A stretch of DNA of 64,000 bases from the human T2T-CHM13v2.0 reference genome, Homo sapiens: NCBI RefSeq assembly GCF_009914755.1, contig NC_060927.1, one strand, 5' to 3'. The notes below the pieces were generated by a model. The model made no database searches, was not told the DNA's origin, and saw only the letters and a program-made list of their open reading frames with translations. Position numbers and translations under genes: made by a program. This document shows, in pieces, positions 54,751 through 64,000 of this stretch. Within the stretch, counting starts at the first letter, position 1; each line of letters begins with the position of its first letter.

Positions 54751-56009
54751 ATGTATAAATCCCCCCCTTAGTATTAGTATATAAAAATAATAAATAATAA
54801 ACCTAGGATTAGAAGCTCTCCAGCCTAGATTTCCTGCAAGGATCCCTTCTGGCTTGAACATTTTCCATTTAGTATTTAAATATTCTTTGCTAATGTTCAC
54901 ATTGATCTCATCCTTCCATTTAAACTAATGGAAATGAGCATAGCTGCATTTTTTTCCATAAATAAATCATGCTCCCTGTGCCCACCTTTACTGTGAACAT
55001 ATTGGTCTCTTTCCCTGTGTCGAGGAAGGACTGCAGGCCAAGGCCAGGTCTGTGCTGGCCTAGGGGAGAAGGAAGGAAGGCAGACTGGGAGCTTGCTGAG
55101 GCCGGGGCCCTTGGAACTTCGGACACATAAATCATGATTAAGGCCTCCTATGTGCTCCATCCAAGAGCCTAGAATCTGCAGAACTGCCTTACCTGATTAA
55201 TAGACCCAGGGCTCCCTGGCTTCTGCATGGACTTTGAAAAATTAAATGTTTGTAATATAATGTAATTCAAAAAGGCCCTGTCAGCTAATAAGTTCAAAGC
55301 ATGGAATAGTTTAAATGTCTGATGACGATGACTTGCTGAAAATGGCCAGTGTCTCCTTGTCTACAGACTTTCTTTCCTCAGAGGTGGACGTGAGTTTACT
55401 CATTACATATATTGGCATTTATCCCTCTATGTTGATAAGGGGGCAAGTTTTAAAATGGAAAGAAAAAAGATATCTCCTTTTTCAGAATAATTAGGTTTCT
55501 CAGTAATAAATTTAATCTGGCTTGGGAGCATTAGGAAGCCACATGGAATATTTACCATATTATAGTAAATATAACACTATTTAGGTTGTATGTAACATTG
55601 CAATAAATATGTTTACCTTACTGTGGAAAATATAACAATAATATAACAATAATAATAGCAAGCAATATTTGTAGAATGGCTCACAGTGACAGCATTGTTA
55701 CATAAGTTATTTCATCTGAACCTCACTTTATGGCAGCTGGTGCAGTAGGGGTTATTTTACAAACAGGGAAATGATGGCTTGGGTGCAGGTGACTTCAGAA
55801 GAACTCTGCTACTAAGCTGAGTTGGGTTTTCTTATTGCAAAGCCCAATCACTAACACACAGCAATGGCCCACCCCAAAGAGTAAAAATTACCAAATACCT
55901 GCAGTCTTCAACAAAAGGTTGAAAATATTGATGAGATATTCAAAGCCTTTTTGCAGTTCTCAACAGTCATGGAAAATGGGGGTTTATATGCTTCTTCTCT
56001 GAGCCACAG

Positions 56010-56423
56010 ACTCATCCGTGGCAAAGCCCATGGATCCTCTCTCAGACTGGTTTTAGATAAATAAGTGAAATACACAGGAAAGGAACCAATTATATTCAAT
56101 ACAGTTGTCAAAATATTTTAAACACATTTGGGATATAATAATATATGTGCTTTTTAAAATTAAGGTATTAAATGACAAGTGGTTGGTCTGTTAGCTCCAG
56201 TGATTTTTGAATAGTGACGAACATCAATGATATTCCAAAATAGCTACAACAACTCTAAGGCAGTAAGAAAATATCTGAGATTTCAATCAGAGACAAAGCT
56301 GCAGGTCCTGCGAATGCAGTTGAGATTGGTTGCCTACATGCATAGTGGAAAAAAGGGCACCATTGCAGTGAGAGCTTAGAAAAACCCCATTAGGCCCATG
56401 GACCCTAGGTTAAACACTCCTGA
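56010..56423. mobile_element. MER119/Charlie-like hAT relic
   Basis: gacaaagctgcaggt...ggttgcctacat...catggaccctaggttaaacactcctg. Confidence 0.55.
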
Positions 56424-57287
56424 TCTGAAAGGTCCTGTAGAAGCTAGTCCTAGTTACTAGGGCTATCAGTGACCCCAGTGGATATTGACCCCAATGGAGA
56501 TTGTTCAAGACCAGTGGAAAGCCACATGCTGATGGGGTGGCTGTTCAGTTTGTTGGCATTAAATAGAGCTCCTTTTAAAGGGGAGGTAAAGTAGTTCCTC
56601 CTGGGAATCTTTTTTCCTGTCTTAACTAGGGGAGGCATGCACACCTGTCTGAAGCATGAAGTATTGATCTTTGAGCAGCTCAATGATCATGGGAGGCTAT
56701 ATTTAGGCTGGGTGAGACCCCTGTTATTTGCTTTCTTTGCTACCTTATTTGACCTGGGACCTACACACGTTTGACTTTCCAACTGTGCAAAATGGATATA
56801 TCATCAGGTCAAGGTTGCAAACTCTGGCATCCATGGGGCCAGGCAGGGGGCATGTACACATGAGGGGAGTGCCATCAGTGGGAAATTGGAGACCATGTGG
56901 CCACCTAAAGGGGGTGATGGACACTCAGCCCCAGCCGAATGGTGCCCTGCTGGAAGGTGAGCCTAGTTTTGCCAATATCGTGAGTTTTCAGATAAGCAAG
57001 AGATTGAGAGCTTTAGATAAAGCTACCATCTACAATATTGGTGGCAAATTCTGTTTTGTTTTGTTTTGTTTTGTTTTTATAGAAGTTTGCAGGCCAAACA
57101 AAAATATATGTGGGTCACTTGCCATTTCTGGTTTTGGTACCTGTCATAGCAGGTACAAGTGTTATTACAGCATTTTCGCTAATCTCTCAGTGTATATAGG
57201 AAGCAGCTTTTCAGTTTATATAGCACTTTTGTTTTTTGAAAGAACCACATAGAAGCAGTTTGATGGAGTTTTTAAAAAGTCATGTTG

Positions 57288-58720
<1,433 letters not shown>

Positions 58721-58753
58721 TTGAAAAATAACTTTTTAACTAATAGCTTAAGA

Positions 58754-58940
58754 CAGGGGTCAGCACGCTACTACCCACAAACCAAATCTAGCTCTCCGCA
58801 TGTTTTTGTAGGACTCGTAAGCCAAGAAGGGCTTTATATTTTTAAATGGTTGGAAAAAATCTACAGAATAATATTTTGACATGTGAAAATTATATGTAAT
58901 TCAGATTTGTGTTCATAAGGAATATCTTGTTAGAGCCACA
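58754..58940 (-). mobile_element. MER58B-like fragment ending about 40 nt before exon 11
   Basis: caggggtcagca...tttttaaatggttggaaaaaat...acatgtgaaaattatatg. Confidence 0.7.
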
Positions 58941-58982
58941 AAAAAAGTTATATTGCTTAAATGTAATTTCTTTGTTTCTCAG

Positions 58983-59032
58983 CTAATACCACTCGAATAT
59001 TCCAAGGGACCAGAATAGTGAAAACAGGAGTG
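58983..59032 (+). CDS. PTPRG: PTPRG exon 11 (50 nt, phase 1-0): (A)NTTRIFQGTRIVKTGV
   Basis: Acceptor ttctttgtttctcag|, donor GTG|gtaagt. Bridges the frame between exons 10 and 12 and carries an NTT sequon. Confidence 0.95.
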
Positions 59033-59479
59033 GTAAGTAGAGAATGGGAAATTGCTTTGTCGTGGCTGGTTGTTAATTTGCTTGCAGTTAAAACTGTCAC
59101 CACGAAGTGGCAGTATAATGTTGTTAAACTGCTCAGTGTAAAGCGGTTATAGTAGAGAAAAAATTACATTATTCACTTTTTATAATTCAGTACCTTATGA
59201 ACACAAGCTGTGCAACAGTGTTAGGTGGTTATATTATATAATTTTGTGAAGGTAAAAATTCTTCATATTTTTAGTTATGATTTGTGGGATCAGACGATGC
59301 AGGACCACAAAGGAGTTAAATCTGTTCCAACCCTTTCATTTGACATATACTCAAATTCAGAGGTTGTCATTTGCGTAAAGTTATATGGATCTGAAAATTT
59401 CTGGAACCAGAATTAATATCTTAGTTTCCCCATTCCTGGTTGGTATAATGAATAATTAAAATACTAATCACAGCAGTGG

Positions 59480-59960
59480 TGATAATAATAATAGCCTAAA
59501 ATTCACTATGCTCTTCCTGGGTTTCAGGCACAGATTATTTTATTTACTTCTCCAGGCAGCCCACAAGGTCAGTGTTACTGTTGTTCCCGTTTTACAGATG
59601 AGGAAACCGAGGCTCAGTGAGTTAAAGTAATGTGTCCAGCATCACCCAGCAGGCAAGCTAAAATTAGACTAATAGCTCAGAGCAGCACTTCTTGTTTTCC
59701 TAAGATACCTTATGTGAGTAAAACCCCCAGACTTGAGCCCCAGTTTAGTATGGTGGTAAGAACAAGCCGAGTCTTAGACCCAGGCAGCCCTGCATTTGTG
59801 CCTTCCAGGTCATGTACCTTGTGTAAGCTCTTTAACATCTCTGTGTCTGAGTTTCCTCACCTGCAAAATGGGGTGATGATCATGCCTGCCTCCAGAGTAG
59901 CATGGAAAGCCCTGGCACACGGTTGGCATTTGTTAATTGGAATTCTTGTTATTGTTGTTG
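59480..59960. mobile_element. Two opposed MIRs (minus about 59480-59690, plus about 59745-59960)
   Basis: ttttacagatgaggaaaccgaggctcag; ctgagtttcctcacctgcaaaatgggg. Confidence 0.75.
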
Positions 59961-60650
59961 ATGTTGTTGTCATCTGTATGGGCTCAGATTTTCCCACGGA
60001 TCAACTTAGAAACTGCAAGGTACAGTGACTCTGCAGTGCCCAACATGGAGATGCAGAGATGTAAACCAGTGCCCAGAGCATGCAGTGCAGAGCATGGCTC
60101 CTGCCTCTGACCCTGTCATTGCAGACCTGGGCAGGCTGCTTTCCCTCCTTGTCCACCCACTTCCTCACTGGGAGACAGTGGGGTTGGACTGGATCACCCA
60201 GTATCTTTCCAGACCTAGAGCTGAGTATCTACTCAAGTGTCAGTGATATACATAAAATCAAAGGTCTTCTGCCTCTCATCACCCCAAGAACAGATGACCA
60301 TCTGATTTTTCCAGTTCATGACTTCTTTGTTGTGTAAGTCAGCTTTAACACTACTTAGTTTTTTTGGCACCTAGCCTCATCTTGGGTAATATCAGTGAAA
60401 AGCTGAGTTTGATCGACTAGTTATGCGTTTTAACATGTTCACAATTATAAAACCATTAAAAATAAAAGTTGATCACCCATGGACCACCTAATGTCAACTT
60501 TATGCCATACATTGGAAAACTCCATAGCATAGATGAGTAAAATCCTCAGAGGGTGACAACCAGGGCCTCATTCCCAATCTCAATTACTGATGCTTCTCTG
60601 CTTTTTCTTCTTCTGCCTCTTTTCCACCCTTGCCGGGTGACCCTTTCCAG

Positions 60651-61428
60651 CCCACAGCGTCTCCTGCCTCTTCAGCCGACATGGCCCCCATCAGCTCGGG
60701 GTCTTCTACCTGGACGTCCTCTGGCATCCCATTCTCATTTGTTTCCATGGCAACTGGGATGGGCCCCTCCTCCAGTGGCAGCCAGGCCACAGTGGCCTCG
60801 GTGGTCACCAGCACGCTGCTCGCCGGCCTGGGGTTCGGCGGTGGTGGCATCTCCTCTTTCCCCAGCACTGTGTGGCCCACGCGCCTCCCGACGGCCGCCT
60901 CAGCCAGCAAGCAGGCGGCTAGGCCAGTCCTAGCCACCACAGAGGCCTTGGCTTCTCCAGGGCCCGATGGTGATTCGTCACCAACCAAGGACGGCGAGGG
61001 CACCGAGGAAGGAGAGAAGGATGAGAAAAGCGAGAGTGAGGATGGGGAGCGGGAGCACGAGGAGGATGGAGAGAAGGACTCCGAAAAGAAGGAGAAGAGT
61101 GGGGTGACCCACGCTGCCGAGGAGCGGAATCAGACGGAGCCCAGCCCCACACCCTCGTCTCCTAACAGGACTGCCGAGGGAGGGCATCAGACTATACCTG
61201 GGCATGAGCAGGATCACACTGCCGTCCCCACAGACCAGACGGGCGGAAGGAGGGATGCCGGCCCAGGCCTGGACCCCGACATGGTCACCTCCACCCAAGT
61301 GCCCCCCACCGCCACAGAGGAGCAGTATGCAGGGAGTGATCCCAAGAGGCCCGAAATGCCATCTAAAAAGCCTATGTCCCGCGGGGACCGATTTTCTGAA
61401 GACAGCAGATTTATCACTGTTAATCCAG
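60651..61428 (+). CDS. PTPRG: PTPRG exon 12 (778 nt, phase 0-1): Cys-free extracellular spacer, [13 protein letters not shown]...SRFITVNP
   Basis: Acceptor ccctttccag|, donor CAG|gtaagt. Lies within ORF 60630-61511, is GC/CpG-rich and has NQT and NRT sequons. Confidence 0.98.
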
Positions 61429-61709
61429 GTAAGTGGTGCAGGTCTTCTTCGAGGGTTCCTGCTCCTGTGAATAGTCGTACCCTTTTTCAAAAAATTGGGA
61501 GCAGAAGGTGAAGCTTCAGAAGGTACTTAATATTCTTAGAATCATATATGTCTGTCATAGAAAAGGTGCACACATGTGAAATGTGTATGTGTGTGTCCCT
61601 GTTTTACTCCAAAAGCCTACTCTCTTACGCTGGAGTAAGTCTTTCTTTGATATTTGTTTTCTTGCCTCGGAATAACTCCAGGGACTTCAACCAGGCAATG
61701 ATATACATG

Positions 61710-61715
61710 AATAAA
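61710..61715 (+). terminator. Candidate intronic polyadenylation signal (AATAAA) in intron 12
   Basis: AATAAA about 200 nt after the read-through stop at 61509-61511, with TGTA upstream (61584) and T-rich sequence downstream. Use is unproven. Confidence 0.3.
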
Positions 61716-62789
61716 AAAAGCCATCGATCTTAAGAAGTTTATTTATTAAGATTTCATTCCATATTCATTATATAATGTATCTACAAATGGCTAGTTTGGT
61801 GCCAGGGACTGGGCAGGGTGCTGTCCCAGGGGATCCTAGTCCCTGCCTAAAAAGTTTAAAGGGGAAGGCAGACAGATGACAAGACAGTAGCTAGCTGGAG
61901 CGCATGCCCAGAAGTTAGGTAGCAGGAACGTTAGAAAGCCAGCAAGCTAGATGGTGGTTAGTCGGCAAGCTAGATGGTTAACTGGCAAGCTGGAAAACTA
62001 ACTAACTGAAGTTTTCGATTGTGAAATGGTAATAGAGGAAATAAACAGGATGCTGTCCAAGAGAATTATGGAGAGGATAGGGACCTACCTTAATTAAGAA
62101 AGGCCACTCTGGAGAAGTGGCTTGTTCATGGAAACCTACAGAATGAAAGGCTTCAGCCTGGGGAGAGCTGGTATTGGCCCATGGTCCTTGCCCAAGAAAT
62201 ACGGCCCTCTCTCCCAGAGCTCCCATTGCTGTGGGAATGAGCCAGTGTATAGACAGTGAGGCCAGGGCATGAGATCCTCATCTCCTGGTGGCAATTTTGT
62301 TGCTCTATCATATGCTCAAATCTTAATGAACCATCCTGATAGTTTCTGCAAGGGAGCCATAAGCATGAGGAGTTGTTATTGTTGTGAGGGCTTTTCTTAA
62401 TAAGAAATTCTTCATTTTGCCAGACTACAAGATGTTTAGCAACAATTTTTTTTGCGTCTAAGCTGTTGTGGAGTTATAAGAGTGCAAAAAAAAAGCAACT
62501 GGTAAATATTTATTTGCTTTTGCACTTGTAAACATTAAAATTCATCTAAAGCTGAGATCTCGTATGTTAAGATACAACTTAGAATAAATTTTCATGTTTT
62601 GAATTACTTTCCTCTTAAAGCTGCTATGAACTAATTTTTTGAAGTGGGGGTCTCCTGTGGGTATTGCTCACTTTAGCTGTGACTGGGGGAAAGGTGCAGA
62701 GTAGCCTTTTGTGGAACTGAGTGAAGGAAATGTGGGGCCACTTGGGAAGCTGTTTCTGTAAGAACAGTGACATTCCCTCTAGGAATTAC

Positions 62790-63500
62790 TTTGAAAAAGT
62801 TGAATTTCTTGCATTTGAAGACGCTGAAGAAACATGTACGGAATGCCCACTGTATAAGAGGCACCAGGCTAGGCTTTGGCAGTAGAACATAGGTAACACA
62901 GACTTCTCTTCTCTTGGGGTTTGCATTCTGGTAGGGGAGCTTGAGAATATGCCAGTAAACAAATACATACCCTTAAGTAGCCTTAATTGCTACAGTTGGG
63001 GAGCGGAGGGACAGTGTAGCTCTGAGTGGTCAAGGATGACCTCTGAGCAGAGAGCCAAGTGGTAAGAAGGAGCTAGCCATGCAAAGATCCAGGGAGGGGA
63101 ATTCTGGGCTGCAGGAACAGCAGGTCCAGAGACCCTACAGTGGGGAATTAATTTGGATCAGTTGAGGAGCTATCAGGCCAGTGTGGTTAGACCAGAGGGA
63201 GTGAGGGGGAGAGGAGGGGATGGATTTAGAGATTGATGGAGGTGCTCTGGAAAGGTACTCGTTGACCACGCTGAGGATTTCCTTCTACTAGAAATGAGAA
63301 ACCAGGGTAGATCTTGGCTGCAGTGTTACTTGATTGATTTTTTGAAAGACCTCTCAGGCCTCTGCGTGGAGATGATATAGGAAGGCAGGAATGGATGAAA
63401 GAAGCCCAGTTAGGAGGCAGTGGTAATGGTGGCTTGGACCAGTGTGTTTTCTATGAAGACAGGTGGTGGACTTGGAATTGACTTTCAAGCTTGAGTGTTC
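62790..63500 (-). mobile_element. L2 LINE fragment
   Basis: gtggtcaaggatgacctctgagcagag...ggagctagccatgcaaagatc...ccagttaggaggc...ggtggcttggaccag. Confidence 0.75.
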
Positions 63501-63824
63501 AGCCTCTGGACTATGGGCTCTGGCAAAGTAGCATTCTCAGCCTGCTCCTCTTAAACATTTGTTTGACCACATTCCTGAAAAATGTGGCTGCTGAGAGCTT
63601 AGGCTGGGAGTATTTACAGTTTGAGAGATGGGAGAGAGGCAGGGACTGGGACCGCCCCAGGTAAGTGGAAATGAGTTCTTGCCATTGGAGTCAGGTTCCA
63701 GATTCCAGAGACAGGGGAGAAGAAATGGATGGCAAACTTTGGGGGCTCCCTACTCCAGGTATGAGGTGTGTAGGTCCTCGGCTTCCACCCTACAGAAATC
63801 TGAGAGCATCTACAATCTTGGCAG

Positions 63825-63960
63825 AGTGGCTTTGGGAGTCAGATCAACCCAGTTGGCTCTGTCCCTTATTCACTCAGGGTCCTCAGGTAAGTCTTAGTCC
63901 CGTGTCCTCGTTTGCAAAGTGGAGCTAATGATCATGCTTAATGCCGAAGGTGGTGTGGCT
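63825..63960 (+). mobile_element. Diverged MIR
   Basis: ggctttgggagtcaga...ggctctgtcccttatt...tttgcaaagtggagctaatg. Confidence 0.5.
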
Positions 63961-64000
63961 GTGGAGACCCCCTCACTGTCACTGACAAATAGGAGCTGTC

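Noticed and set aside
56728-57252. 174-aa plus-strand ORF
   Set aside because: TTG start, spans a (TTTTG)n repeat, and has no recognisable homology or exon boundaries.
60584-61490. Antisense ORFs of 139 and 170 aa over exon 12
   Set aside because: Expected shadow ORFs of a GC-rich coding exon.

Overview
This is human (primate) genomic DNA from the middle of PTPRG (receptor-type protein tyrosine phosphatase gamma), transcribed on the + strand. Six coding exons with canonical AG/GT borders and matching phases splice into one open frame: 14544-14701, 25450-25642, 48948-49132, 52540-52648, 58983-59032 and 60651-61428. By my recollection of the canonical transcript these are exons 7-12. They encode the C-terminal half of the alpha-carbonic-anhydrase-like domain, the fibronectin type III domain and the long Ser/Thr-rich and acidic extracellular spacer. 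The signal peptide, transmembrane and phosphatase exons lie outside the window. About 98% of the window is intron, with about 18 Alu/FLAM copies, many MIR/L2/L1M/CR1 relics, hAT and Tigger DNA-transposon relics, two solo LTRs and simple repeats. Almost all ORFs in the supplied track are spurious. I see no prokaryotic-type system (CRISPR, operon etc.) and cannot claim a new biological system. The best leads are a possible intronic-polyadenylation route to a secreted ectodomain after exon 12, a 191-codon antisense ORF over an AT-rich enhancer-like block, a fold-back palindrome plus UG minisatellite before exon 9, a very tight inverted Alu pair and Alu pairs bracketing exon 10, a candidate Alu poison exon, a strong CTCF site, a non-Alu DR2 element and an antisense solo LTR beside exon 8. 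Repeat subfamily names and boundaries were recognised by eye and are approximate.
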